Shown piece after piece: positions 28,781-39,845 of a stretch of DNA of 64,000 nt. Position 1 is the first letter of the stretch. Every line of letters starts with the position of its first letter. The notes below the pieces were generated by a model. It worked only from the letters and a program-made list of their open reading frames with translations. It ran no database searches and was not told the DNA's origin. The stretch covers positions 10,137-74,136 of the forward strand of contig PNEW01000001.1 in the NCBI GenBank assembly GCA_002922725.1, given 5' to 3'. The translations under genes and the position numbers were made by a program. The stretch comes from Verrucomicrobia bacterium Opi.OSU.00C (GTDB lineage: Bacteria > Verrucomicrobiota > Verrucomicrobiia > Opitutales > PNEW01).

Positions 28781-31033
28781 ATGATAAAAACAAATAGTCT
28801 GTCAGTTACTATTATCCCATTTACAAGAATGGATAAGGTCCTAGGTTATAAAGTACCAGCAGAAATTTTAGATCAGGTTAGAATAGGATCTTTAGTAATT
28901 GTGCCACTTTTGCGACGATTAGAACTTGGGATTGTGAAAGACTTGGAAGCTCCGCGGGATTATCCTTTGAGCAAGCTCAAATACATTTCCAATGTGGTTT
29001 ATCCTAAACCGGTTTTAACACCGGATTTATTAAGATTAGCCGATTGGATACAGAAATATTATGCTGTTTCTGCAGATTCGATTTTCGGGGCGATGATACC
29101 CTCTTTTGTTAAAAAAGGAAAAGGAATAAAAAAAGTCAGCCACATCTGTCTTAATGACAATGTAAAGCGGGAAGATTGGGAATTACTTAAGTATCGTGCC
29201 CCCAAGCAAGCAGCAATTGGTGAATACCTCAAAAAAAAACGTGACCCCCTCCCAAAATTAACTGTGCTTAAAAACCTAAAGATAGCAGCATCAAGTTGTG
29301 ACGCTTTGATTAAAAAAGGCATGGTCAAAGAAAGTTGGAAGCAGGTGATGAGCAGTGCTTACGATGATGGATTTGCGTTAGGAGAGGAAATACCGGTATT
29401 GAATTTCCAACTCAATTCTGAACAACAAGTTTCAGTCCAGGATATTGTTTCTGGAGTTGAAAGAAAGAAATTTCGAGTAAATTTACTTCACGGGGTGACG
29501 GGTTCGGGTAAAACTGAAGTATATATTCAAGCGATTAAGTCAACACTTAAGCTTGGAGGTGGTGTAATTTTCCTTGTTCCTGAAATAACTCTTACTCCTC
29601 AAACAGTCAGTCGCCTTCGCTCGCGGTTAGAAAGAGAAATTGATGCTAATATTGTAGTTTGGCATAGTCACTTATCCGATGGGGAGAGACTCGATGCTTG
29701 GCATGCACTTGCCAGTGGTGAAGCACGTATCGTGGTTGGCGCCCGATCAGCTATTTTTGCACCTATACATAACCTTCGTCTAATAATTGTAGACGAAGAA
29801 CATGAACCGGCTTATAAACAGGAAGAGACACCACGTTATCACGGGCGAGATGTTGCTGTTTATCGTGCTAAATTAAATAATGCTACTTGTGTTTTAGGTT
29901 CAGCTACACCTGCGCTTGAATCCCTATATAATGTTAAAATAGGAAAATATCATCTTAATCGATTAACAAAGCGAGTTGATGATCGGAAACTTCCTCTCAT
30001 ACATGTTATCGATATGAAAAGGGAACCCACAGATACTAAAGGATTAATGACACTATCCAGATCACTTGTAGAAAAGATGCGAGATCGCTTTGAAAAAGGA
30101 GAACAATCAATTATATTCATAAATCGTCGAGGCTACTCTCGAAGCATGTTTTGCTCCGAATGTGGTTATGTGATGATGTGTGGGAATTGCAGTGTCCCAC
30201 TTATTTATCATCGTACTGACAATAACATTCGCTGTCACCTCTGTGGGGACATAGTATATGCTCCGCGTAAATGTCCGGAATGTCATTCATTAAAAATCCG
30301 TTGGCGAGGGCAGGGTACACAAAAAGTAGAAAGCACCGTGCAGAAATTACTTCCTCATGCAAGAATTATGCGAGTGGATGCAGATACGATGCGAAAAAGG
30401 AACCTTTTTCGCAAAATATTTACTGATTTTCGTAAAGGAGAGATAGACGTTCTGGTGGGGACACAGATGCTTGCTAAAGGTTTAGATTTCCCTAATGTTA
30501 CTTTAGTTGGGTTGATCGATGCTGATTTATCTCTTCACATCCCGGATTTCCGGGCCAGTGAAAGAACATTTCAACTTTTAGTTCAAGTGGCCGGTCGTTC
30601 TGGTCGTGGGGATCGCTCAGGAGAAGTAATAATTCAGAGTTATCTTCCTCATAGTGAACCGATACAATTTGCACGTCAATCAGACTGTGAAGGATTTAAT
30701 TCCGAGGAATTAGAACATCGACGTGAATTCGATTATCCACCATTTCGTCATATCATACAGCACCTATTTCGTGGTAAAAATCCTGAAAAGGTAGCGTTCT
30801 ATGCTGAACATTGGGTGAGATATGTCGAAGAAAAGATGGAAGAAAAAATTGAAATTAGGGGTCCAGCGCCGTCTCCAATTGAAAAAGTAAAGACTTATTA
30901 TCGTTTTCAGGTATGGTATTTTATTACAAATGTTCCAAAAACCGTTTCACGGTTGCAAATACTTCGCGATGAATTTAAAATGGATCCAGAGGTCATCGAT
31001 GTTATTGATGTTGATCCTGTTCATTTAATATAG
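28781..31033 (+). CDS. priA: Primosomal protein N' (replication restart helicase)
   Basis: 750 aa. Walker A GVTGSGKTEVY, DEEHE box, and a Cys-rich zinc region CSECGYVMMCGNCSVPLIYH...CHLCG...CPECHS. Confidence 0.93.
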   Translation: MIKTNSLSVTIIPFTRMDKVLGYKVPAEILDQVRIGSLVIVPLLRRLELGIVKDLEAPRDYPLSKLKYISNVVYPKPVLTPDLLRLADWIQKYYAVSADSIFGAMIPSFVKKGKGIKKVSHICLNDNVKREDWELLKYRAPKQAAIGEYLKKKRDPLPKLTVLKNLKIAASSCDALIKKGMVKESWKQVMSSAYDDGFALGEEIPVLNFQLNSEQQVSVQDIVSGVERKKFRVNLLHGVTGSGKTEVYIQAIKSTLKLGGGVIFLVPEITLTPQTVSRLRSRLEREIDANIVVWHSHLSDGERLDAWHALASGEARIVVGARSAIFAPIHNLRLIIVDEEHEPAYKQEETPRYHGRDVAVYRAKLNNATCVLGSATPALESLYNVKIGKYHLNRLTKRVDDRKLPLIHVIDMKREPTDTKGLMTLSRSLVEKMRDRFEKGEQSIIFINRRGYSRSMFCSECGYVMMCGNCSVPLIYHRTDNNIRCHLCGDIVYAPRKCPECHSLKIRWRGQGTQKVESTVQKLLPHARIMRVDADTMRKRNLFRKIFTDFRKGEIDVLVGTQMLAKGLDFPNVTLVGLIDADLSLHIPDFRASERTFQLLVQVAGRSGRGDRSGEVIIQSYLPHSEPIQFARQSDCEGFNSEELEHRREFDYPPFRHIIQHLFRGKNPEKVAFYAEHWVRYVEEKMEEKIEIRGPAPSPIEKVKTYYRFQVWYFITNVPKTVSRLQILRDEFKMDPEVIDVIDVDPVHLI

Positions 31034-31267
31034 ACATAACTTTGCAATAAATTATAGCATGGGGTTCCCTGACAATGACATTATTATGTGCATGGCGTTC
31101 CGGCTTCTAAAAAGGGTATATTGTGATGAAAAAAATGATCACCACCACCTTTAGCTTGCGATATTCTTTGTTCCAGAGTAATTACCTAATTTTAGGCTCG
31201 AAATTGAACGTTGTGATGGTTTATAAAACGACCAAATCATAGTGATTTAATAATTCAAATTTAGTCC

Positions 31268-31684
31268 ATGGGTATCATTGAACCTATCAAGCAGTTTTAC
31301 CGTCAGCGTGATTTAGGACTTTTCCTTTTACGTGTATCAGTAGGAGTCATAATGATCATTCATGGTGTACCAAAATTTTTAGGTGGAACCGAGATATTGA
31401 AAGAAGTAGGTTTAGCAATGGGGCATCTGGGTGTGACTTTTATTCCTGTATTCTGGGGGTTTATGGCCGCATTTTCAGAAGTTCTTGGTGGTTTACTCTT
31501 GATTGTGGGGTTTCTTTTTCGGCCAGCTTGTTTTTTCCTGGGGTTTACTATGGTGATTGCTACGTTATTAAATTATTCAGACGAAAGTAATTTTGGCTCT
31601 GTAGCCTACTCACTCACAATGACATTTCTCTTTTTTAGTCTTATATTTATAGGGCCTGGTCGTTACAGTGTTCAGAAAGAGTGA
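31268..31684 (+). CDS. DoxX family membrane protein
   Basis: 138 aa with four hydrophobic segments. GLFLLRVSVGVIMIIHGVPKF is typical of DoxX. Confidence 0.7.
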   Translation: MGIIEPIKQFYRQRDLGLFLLRVSVGVIMIIHGVPKFLGGTEILKEVGLAMGHLGVTFIPVFWGFMAAFSEVLGGLLLIVGFLFRPACFFLGFTMVIATLLNYSDESNFGSVAYSLTMTFLFFSLIFIGPGRYSVQKE

Positions 31685-32000
31685 ACTACGGCCCTTAGCG
31701 ATTACTAATTTGGTGGTTGGGTTTCTCTTGAAATTGACCTGTCAGAATAGCGAAAATAGTATTTCGTTGGCGAGTTACCTATAGTTTTAATGAAGAAATA
31801 TAGCTATATTGGTGAACAGAAATTCAACTAGATTTTAACACAAACTGTGATATTACGTTTAATTAAGGTTTTCATAAGAACCTTAATACAATGTAATTCT
31901 GCTATTTAACTTATCGATTAAAGTTAAAAAATAAAATTTTCTTATTAAGAAGCTCGACAGAGACAGTTCCTTTTCCTAGTGGTAAGCGTTATCCACTGGA

Positions 32001-32678
32001 ATGAAGGTAGCTGTAATTCAGTTTCCCGGATCGAATTGTGATTGGGATGCATATTATGCATGTTCCCGAAGTCTAGGCCTGAACACAAAAATGGTGTGGC
32101 ATAAGGAAACAGACTTTGGGGACGCAAAAGCAGTAATTATCCCAGGTGGGTTTTCATTTGGCGATTATCTTAGATGTGGGGCAATCGCCCGCTTTTCCCC
32201 GATAGTCGATGCGCTGACACCTTTTGCTAAAAATGGTGGAATAGTCATCGGCATTTGTAACGGTTTTCAGATTCTATGCGAAGCTGGTTTGTTGCCTGGG
32301 GCTCTCATTCGAAATAATTGCTTGGAGTTTCGGTGTATGACTGTGGACCTTGTAGTTGAAAATTCAACAAGTGAATTTAATCAAAATAAGCTGGGTGTAA
32401 ATCTACGTCTGCCAATTGCACATGGAGAGGGCAATTATCGTATTGACGCTGAAGGCATGACTGAAATTGAAGCGAATAACCAAGTCCTTTTTCGTTATAG
32501 TGCCCCTTCAGGTAATCCTAATGGCGCGATGGGTAATATTGCAGGCATTCGTAATCGACAGGGTAATGTGTTTGGTATGATGCCACATCCTGAAAGAGCA
32601 GTAGAAAAATTTCATCCTTCTAGAGACGGGATAAAAGTCTTGAAATCTGTTCTCACCTCAAATCTTATTCACGCTTGA
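32001..32678 (+). CDS. purQ: Phosphoribosylformylglycinamidine synthase, glutaminase subunit
   Basis: 225 aa. MKVAVIQFPGSNCD, Cys nucleophile GICNGFQIL, and MMPHPER. Confidence 0.95.
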   Translation: MKVAVIQFPGSNCDWDAYYACSRSLGLNTKMVWHKETDFGDAKAVIIPGGFSFGDYLRCGAIARFSPIVDALTPFAKNGGIVIGICNGFQILCEAGLLPGALIRNNCLEFRCMTVDLVVENSTSEFNQNKLGVNLRLPIAHGEGNYRIDAEGMTEIEANNQVLFRYSAPSGNPNGAMGNIAGIRNRQGNVFGMMPHPERAVEKFHPSRDGIKVLKSVLTSNLIHA

Positions 32679-32774
32679 TGTGAATTATTATTTTATTATA
32701 AATGCTTAATATGAATTCATGTTAGATGGACGTTAAAATTTACTGCGGTGACACCGTTTGATTATTAATAAGCT

Positions 32775-35092
32775 ATGCGAGTTTCTACCATGTTGCCTAC
32801 TAATCCTGATCCAGCACTGAATTTTCCTGTTACCCCTGAGGATGTTGAAGAATTAGGTCTGCTACCCGAAGAATATAAAAAGATCCAGGAGATTCTTGGA
32901 CGTGACCCTAATATAACTGAGCTAGGAGTTTTTAGCGTTATGTGGTCGGAACATTGTTCATATAAAAACTCGAAATGTCTTCTTCGATCTTTTCCTACTG
33001 AAAAGTCGGATTGTCATGCGCCTTACCAAGTCCTAGTAAAAGCTGGTGAAGAAAATGCAGGTGTTATTGATATTGGGGACGGGTGGGCTATTTGTTTTAA
33101 AATTGAATCACACAACCATCCGAGTGCTGTTGAACCCTTTGAAGGTGCAGCCACGGGGGTAGGGGGAATTATCAGGGATATATTCACGATGGGGGCGCGC
33201 CCCGTTTTACTTACCAATTCCTTGCGTTTTGGTGAAATAGATTCTTCCCACGTCAAGGGTCTTATACGGGGTGTTGTTCAGGGAATTGCACATTATGGGA
33301 ATTGTATAGGAATTCCTAATGTAGGCGGGGATATCTATTTTGACTCCTGTTATGAGGGTAATCCCCTGGTGAATGCACTTTGCTTAGGAATTGTGAAGCA
33401 TAAAGAAATTAAACGTGGAGCAGCTGTGGGTATGGGTAATCCAGTTTACTATGTTGGTCCTGCAACTGGCCGTGATGGGCTTGGAGGTGCCAGTTTTGCT
33501 TCAAAGGAACTCTCAGAAGAAAGCGCAGCGGATCGCCCTTCAGTCCAGAAAGGTGATCCTTTTATGGAAAAGTTACTTTTGGAAGCTTGTCTAGAAATGA
33601 TGGCTGTTCCCGGATTGGTTGTGGGTATTCAAGACATGGGGGCAGCCGGATTGACTTGCTCCAGTTGTGAGACTGCTAGTCGTGGGAACTCTGGGTTGGA
33701 AATTGATCTCGATTGTGTCCCTCAACGAGAGACCGGAATGAATTCATATGAAATTTTACTTTCAGAAAGCCAAGAACGTATGTTGGTTATTGTGCAGAGA
33801 GGACGTGAAGCAGAATTGGAAGCTATTTTTAAAAAATGGGATTTACCAGCAGTGGTTATAGGTAAGGTGACAGAAGGAGAAGATCTGGAATTCAAACAAA
33901 ACAATGGGTTAATTGCGAGAATACCTGCCAAGGCACTTGCTGATGATGATCCAATATACAACCGTGAATTTAAAAAACCGAATTATCTCTTTGAAAAACA
34001 AAACTGGGATGAGACGAAATTGCCTGATCTCGATGATGATGCCGCTAAAAAGACATTACCTCTTTTGCTATCTACACCAACTATTGCTCATAAAGATTGG
34101 GTATGGAGACAGTATGATCACATGGTAATGACAAACACGATAGTAGGCCCAGGGAGTGATGCTGCAATTGTTAGATTGCGACTCGGTGAAGACCTGGAAA
34201 AAATTATAGCTATATCTAATGATTGCAACAACCGGTACTGCTATCTTAATCCTTATAGGGGAGGACAGATTGCAATTGCTGAATCAATCCGTAATCTTGC
34301 TTGTAGTGGTGCCCGACCACTGGCGATGACCAATTGCCTTAATTTTGGTAACCCGTACAAGCCGGAAGTATTTTACATGCTAAAAGAATGTGTTCGGGGT
34401 CTTGTCGATGCATGTAAGTTCTTTGACCTACCGGTTTTAGGTGGTAATGTCAGTCTTTATAATGAAAACCAAGAAGGTGCTATCGATCCGACACCGGTTG
34501 TTTCTGTTGTTGGTATTGTCGATACCGAGGAGATGATAACTACACAAAAATTAAAAAATGGAGATGAAGCAATTATTCTTATCGGAGGGTTATGTGATGA
34601 GATTGGGGGCAGTTATTACTTAAAGGAAATACACGATTTTAAAACTGGTGATGCACCTACGCCTAATTTAGCAGTAGAAGAGCAGATTAACTCCTTTGTC
34701 TTGAGACTCATCAAAAACAAACAGGTCGTTGCAGCCCACGATATTTCCGAAGGAGGGCTGTTAGTTGCTCTGACTGAAATGCTTTTCGCCCAAGAGCAAA
34801 CCTTTGGAGCTAATTTAGATATAATGTGGGAAACAGGGCAATCCGCTTTGATGCGCAACTTTTCGGTGAAAGTCAGGGAAGAATCCTTGTTGCAGTGAAT
34901 TTTGATGATATTGATTCCATTCTTAAGTTGGCCCAAGAGGTAAAAGTTCCCGCGATGCTTTTAGGACTTGCCACTAAAGATCCCAGTTTAATTATCAAAA
35001 GTAGTGCGGGTGATAATAGAATTGTGTGGAACACCAACGGTTTGCGACAAGCTTGGGGATGTGCTCTAACCGAATCTATGAATGATTTATAA
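32775..35092 (+). pseudogene. purL: Phosphoribosylformylglycinamidine synthase subunit PurL, frame-disrupted near the 3' end
   Basis: ORF 32775..34898 (707 aa) is PurL (SEHCSYKNSK, ESHNHPS, DMGAAGL). The conserved C-terminus (...IRFDAQLFGESQGRILVAV...) lies in the -1 frame as ORF 34826..35092. That frame is open from 34814, so a 1-nt indel must lie within about 34814-34845. There is no long homopolymer there. Confidence 0.85.
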
Positions 35093-35111
35093 CAAATCTA
35101 AATAATATAGA

Positions 35112-37037
35112 ATGAGTGAGAATTTAAAACATGATTGTGGCATAGCTCTTATAAGGCTTCTAAAGCCTCTTCAATATTACGAGCAAAAATATGGAACACC
35201 ACTGTATGGTTTTAATTTACTATTCCTTTTAATGGAAAAGCAGCATAACCGAGGGCAAGATGGAGCTGGAATCGGTTCAGTGAAGTTAAATGTTACTCCG
35301 GGACAACCCTATATGTTTCGTGAACGCCTTGAAAATTCCAATTCGCTTGATCTTATCTTTACACGATTACTCAATCAATATAATCACAAGGTCCTGAATG
35401 GTACAATAATTCCAGAACTTGCACAGACTGTAAAAGAGCATTTCGATTTTGGCGCTGAAGCACTAATTGGGCATCTCCGTTATGGTACGTCTGGTAGCTA
35501 TAATAAAGAAAGTTTACACCCTTATATCCGCCGCAGTAATTGGTCGACAAAGAATTTGATGGTAGTTGGTAACTTTACCATGACAAATACTAAGGCGCTC
35601 AATGATTGTCTTATTGAGCGTGGTCAACATCCAATTTTTGATACTGATACGCAAACAATATTGGAGGAGATTGGCTTTTATCTAGATGAGGAACATACTA
35701 AGATTTACCGGACCATGAGAGATTCCGGGATTTCTGGTAAAGAAATTCCGGAAATTATTAGCGATGACCTTAATGTCGCTAAAATATTGAATCAAGCAGC
35801 GAGAGTTTGGGATGGTGGCTATAGTATAGCTGGCCTCATCGGCAATGGTGATACTTTTGTGATGAGAGACCCCCATGGTATTCGGCCCTGTTTTTATTTT
35901 AAAAGTGATGAAATTGTCGCATTCGCTTCCGAGCGAGTCCCCCTAATGACGGTATTTGAACAGTCTGGTGATTCAATTGAAGAAGTGCCGCCAGGTCATG
36001 TCATAGTAATTAAAAATAGTGGTAAATTTATTGACAAACCTTTCACCGAGCCCAAGAAGAAATTATCCTGTTCTTTTGAACGTATATATTTCAGTAGAGG
36101 TAACGATCCCGATATATATATTGAACGCAAAGCATTAGGGGCTGCACTTGTAACACAGATCAATAAGGAGATTAATCATGATCTGGAACACACCGTTTTT
36201 AGCTATATTCCTAATACTGCGGAAACAGCCTATTACGGATTAATGGATGCTCTCCATTATAACCGAAGGAAGGAAGTTAAAGCCGCGATTTTAAAAGCTG
36301 TAAAAAATGGAGAAATTGACGGTTCCCTACTTGACGAATTAGTAATGAATAACTGGCCGCACGGTGAAAAAGTTGCACATAAAGATGTTAAACTACGAAC
36401 CTTTATTAGCCAAGAGAAAGGGAGAAATCAATTAGTTTCACACGTCTACGATATTACGTATGGTGTCGTTAGGCCAGATGATAATTTGGTGTGTATGGAA
36501 GATTCTATTGTGCGTGGAACAACCCTTAGACAGTCGATAATTAAAATACTTTCTAGAACAAATCCAAAAAAGATCGTTATTGCATCAACTGCACCGCAAA
36601 TCCGCTATCCAGATTGTTATGGAATCGATATGTCGGAGCTTGGTAAATTCATCGCCTTTCAGGCTGCAGTAGAACTTCTTAAAGACAAAGGGAAAAGCGA
36701 CCTTCTTTTGGATGTTTACCAGGCTTGTATGCGACAGGCAGAAGGAGCAACCGATAAAATTAAAAATCATGTCCTTCGAATTTATGAGTCTCACAGCACG
36801 GATGAAATATCACGTAAAATTGCTGATTTAATAAGACCAAAGGAAATCGAATGGAACGGTGAAATTGCAATAATTTATCAGAATATAGAGAATCTGCATA
36901 AGTCGATACCCGATCATAGGGGGGACTGGTATTTTACTGGTGATTATCCTACTATTGGTGGCTATGAGGTCCTCAATAGGGCATACATCAATTATTACGA
37001 AGATAAAAAAGGCCGAAGTTATGATATCCCCAAATAA
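35112..37037 (+). CDS. purF: Amidophosphoribosyltransferase (long form)
   Basis: 641 aa. Short propeptide then Cys nucleophile (MSENLKHD-CGIALI), an Ntn glutaminase domain, and a PRTase domain (VCMEDSIVRGTT). Confidence 0.9.
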   Translation: MSENLKHDCGIALIRLLKPLQYYEQKYGTPLYGFNLLFLLMEKQHNRGQDGAGIGSVKLNVTPGQPYMFRERLENSNSLDLIFTRLLNQYNHKVLNGTIIPELAQTVKEHFDFGAEALIGHLRYGTSGSYNKESLHPYIRRSNWSTKNLMVVGNFTMTNTKALNDCLIERGQHPIFDTDTQTILEEIGFYLDEEHTKIYRTMRDSGISGKEIPEIISDDLNVAKILNQAARVWDGGYSIAGLIGNGDTFVMRDPHGIRPCFYFKSDEIVAFASERVPLMTVFEQSGDSIEEVPPGHVIVIKNSGKFIDKPFTEPKKKLSCSFERIYFSRGNDPDIYIERKALGAALVTQINKEINHDLEHTVFSYIPNTAETAYYGLMDALHYNRRKEVKAAILKAVKNGEIDGSLLDELVMNNWPHGEKVAHKDVKLRTFISQEKGRNQLVSHVYDITYGVVRPDDNLVCMEDSIVRGTTLRQSIIKILSRTNPKKIVIASTAPQIRYPDCYGIDMSELGKFIAFQAAVELLKDKGKSDLLLDVYQACMRQAEGATDKIKNHVLRIYESHSTDEISRKIADLIRPKEIEWNGEIAIIYQNIENLHKSIPDHRGDWYFTGDYPTIGGYEVLNRAYINYYEDKKGRSYDIPK

Positions 37038-37047
37038 ATAATCGGTA

Positions 37048-38118
37048 ATGATTAACAAAAAAGCTTATGCCAAGGTTGGTGTTGATATCGATTTAAAATC
37101 TGGCTTATTAAAATCGATAAAAACCGATATGAAGAGAGCATCGAGACCAGAAGTATTGGGCTCACTTGGTGGTTTTGGAGGATTGTTTGATTTATCAAAG
37201 ACTAAATACACAAAGCCTGTTCTCGTTAGTAGTACCGATTCAGTTGGGACAAAATTGAAAGTGGCATTCATGACAGGTAAACACTCAGGTGTTGGTGTTG
37301 ATATCGTTAATCATTGTATTAATGATATAGCAGTAATGGGTGCTGAGCCTCTTTTCTTTCTAGACTACTTTGGGACGAGCAAACTTAATAAAAAAAATTT
37401 TCAGGCAGTTATCTCAGGTGTGACCAGGGCCTGTAAGGCTTCTAAATGTGCTTTAATTGGTGGTGAAACTTGTGAATTATCAGGATTTTATAAATTAGGT
37501 GAATATGATCTGGTAGGAACAATAGTAGGTATTGTAGAAAAAGACCGTATACTTACTGGTGAGACTATCCAACCAGGAGATCAGTTACTTGGATTGCCAT
37601 CCAGTGGATTGCACACCAATGGGTATACTCTGGCACGTGATATATTTTTCAATAAACTAAAATTAAAACCTAAAGACAAAATACCTGGTTTCCGACAAAA
37701 TCTTGGTTCTGCTTTATTAAAACCTCATCTTAGTTATAGTGATTTACTACTTACTCTTACTCGGAGATTTAACCGTGGTGTGTATTCAAGAAAGCGTAAA
37801 GGTAATAAGGTTTTAGGTGCGATTCATATTACGGGGGGAGGTTTTACAGGTAACATACCACGTGTTCTCCCACAGAATTGTAATGTCACTATAAAGTCTG
37901 AATCATGGCCTAAACCCCCGATTTTCAAAGCGTTAATTGAATATGGTAATGTATCGTTTGAGGAATTATATGAAGTTTTCAATATGGGGATAGGTATGGC
38001 ATTAGTTGTCGCTCCTGAAGCTGTGGACCCTATTATTAAGTTTTGCAAAAAGAAAAAACAAAGAGCATATCATATTGGTGAAGTCTTTTCTGGCCAAGGT
38101 GAAGTTTATCTCAGGTAA
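37048..38118 (+). CDS. purM: Phosphoribosylformylglycinamidine cyclo-ligase (AIR synthetase)
   Basis: 356 aa. GGFGGLFDL, DSVGTKLK, and GGETCEL in place of the usual GGETAEM. Confidence 0.95.
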   Translation: MINKKAYAKVGVDIDLKSGLLKSIKTDMKRASRPEVLGSLGGFGGLFDLSKTKYTKPVLVSSTDSVGTKLKVAFMTGKHSGVGVDIVNHCINDIAVMGAEPLFFLDYFGTSKLNKKNFQAVISGVTRACKASKCALIGGETCELSGFYKLGEYDLVGTIVGIVEKDRILTGETIQPGDQLLGLPSSGLHTNGYTLARDIFFNKLKLKPKDKIPGFRQNLGSALLKPHLSYSDLLLTLTRRFNRGVYSRKRKGNKVLGAIHITGGGFTGNIPRVLPQNCNVTIKSESWPKPPIFKALIEYGNVSFEELYEVFNMGIGMALVVAPEAVDPIIKFCKKKKQRAYHIGEVFSGQGEVYLR

Positions 38119-38269
38119 ATATTATACTAAAAGACATGTGGTATTCTGGCATTCGTATGGCCATGTGGTTTTTACTCATTTTGATTTATCCATTACACTA
38201 AAATCCAATCAGGAAAATCGGGGTTTTAGTTGACATTGTTTGTTGATCCACCCATATCACAGAATAACG

Positions 38270-38869
38270 ATGGAGCTCGCAGTATCACAACGAGTGTTGA
38301 TTCTGAACCGGCTTTGGCAAGCGGTCAACATTATCGGTGTGAAGCGCGCGTTTGGGTTATTACTTCAGAATAATGCTAAAGTTATACATTCTACTGATGA
38401 TGATTTCCAGGTTTTAAAATCAGATGAATGGATTGCTTATTCAATGAGCAATCCACCGATAAATGATGAAGATTATGTTCGTACAATTCAGTACAAAATT
38501 CGTATTCCCCGCATCCTTCTTTTGAATTATTATGATAAGTTGCCAATGAAGGAGGTGAAGTTTACCCGCCAACATCTATTTGAACGGGATAATTATACTT
38601 GCCAATATTGTGGAGGCCATTTTACACAAGGGGAACTTAATTTAGATCATGTTATTCCAAGAGACCGTGGAGGTAAAACCAGTTGGGAGAATATTGTTAC
38701 TTCCTGTCTTTATTGTAATACTCGGAAGGGTAATCGTTTCCCCCATGAAGCGGGTTTACGTTTAAAGAATAAACCGGTACGCCCCAAATGGAGGCCTTTC
38801 ATTAGCTTTTTTCTAGGTTCTGAGTATAATGAAAGTTGGAGGCATTTCCTAAAGGCTACGCGATCTTGA
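38270..38869 (+). CDS. HNH endonuclease family protein
   Basis: The track ORF starts at a TTG at 38240. The in-frame ATG at 38270 (MELAVSQRVLILN) is more likely. HNH core CQYCGG...LDHVIPRDRGGKTSWENIVTSCLYCNTRKGN. Confidence 0.85.
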   Translation: MELAVSQRVLILNRLWQAVNIIGVKRAFGLLLQNNAKVIHSTDDDFQVLKSDEWIAYSMSNPPINDEDYVRTIQYKIRIPRILLLNYYDKLPMKEVKFTRQHLFERDNYTCQYCGGHFTQGELNLDHVIPRDRGGKTSWENIVTSCLYCNTRKGNRFPHEAGLRLKNKPVRPKWRPFISFFLGSEYNESWRHFLKATRS

Positions 38870-39084
38870 ATAAGGTGGTGGTTTTGGTGTCATTTTGGAG
38901 TCTATCACTTAAATCTATAAGAATGATAAAGCTTTATTGATTCTGAAATATCTGGGAAATGCTGATAACCAGGCTTATTTTTTATTTATCCATAAAATAA
39001 TAACGAAAAATATTAGATAGGTTATAGGGATAAGTAGAATAGGCTTACCTTTCTGTTTTCCTTAATTAAGGATTCCAAAATTTG

Positions 39085-39825
39085 CTATATTTGTTGATTT
39101 AAGGCCGCCATTGCGGCACCTATCATTCCTGCATTATTGCGATGTTCAGCAGGGACAAGCGGTGTATCAATCGTCAAATAAGGAACATAATTATTTGGTT
39201 CAATTGCGCCTCCACCACCAATAATGAAGAGATCCGGTGAAAATAGGGTATTGAGATATTGAAGATAGTGATTGAATCGTTTAGCCCAGTCCTCCCATGT
39301 AAGGTTTTCTCGTTCACGTGCGACTGATGAAATAGACCTTTCAGCGAAGTTTTTATTCATGATAATCAAACCCATCTCTGTGTTTGGAAAAAGTTGGCCG
39401 TCAGCAAAAAAAGCGGAGCCTATACCGGTCCCGACAGTCAAAACGATAACCACGCCTTTTATATTTCGTCCGGCTCCAAAATGCATTTCTGCGATACCAG
39501 CTGCATCTGCATCGTTAATTATCCAAGATGTATTATTTGTCTTTTCTTTGATTTTTTCGGCGAGGTTAATACCAATCCAACTCGGATCAAGGTTCGTGGC
39601 GGTATTAATGACATTTTGGATTATCACACCCGGGTATCCACAACCAAGAAGACCTTCCCATTTATAATGATCGACAATTTCCTCAATGACATCAAGAACA
39701 GGTTCAGGCTTTAGCGATGGTGGTGTTTGAATTCGCAGGTGATCACCAGTTAGTTCACCTGTTTTAATATTTATAAGAGAACCTTTAATACCGGTACCTC
39801 CAATATCAATTCCAAGTACGTTCAT
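39085..39825 (-). CDS. ppgK: ROK family glucokinase, polyphosphate/ATP glucokinase-like
   Basis: 246 aa. MNVLGIDIGGTGIKG, DADAAGIAE, and GTGIGSAFF. Confidence 0.8.
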   Translation of the reverse strand: MNVLGIDIGGTGIKGSLINIKTGELTGDHLRIQTPPSLKPEPVLDVIEEIVDHYKWEGLLGCGYPGVIIQNVINTATNLDPSWIGINLAEKIKEKTNNTSWIINDADAAGIAEMHFGAGRNIKGVVIVLTVGTGIGSAFFADGQLFPNTEMGLIIMNKNFAERSISSVARERENLTWEDWAKRFNHYLQYLNTLFSPDLFIIGGGGAIEPNNYVPYLTIDTPLVPAEHRNNAGMIGAAMAALNQQI

Positions 39826-39845
39826 TCGAGCTTGAATTATAAAAT

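Noticed and set aside
38006-38233. 75-aa plus-strand ORF overlapping the purM 3' end
   Set aside because: It is an out-of-frame overlap with the well-supported purM. The hydrophobic, low-information translation has no Shine-Dalgarno sequence.
39272-39714. 131-aa and 106-aa plus-strand ORFs
   Set aside because: They are antisense to the ROK glucokinase gene, which has unambiguous motifs. No recognisable motifs or Shine-Dalgarno sequence.
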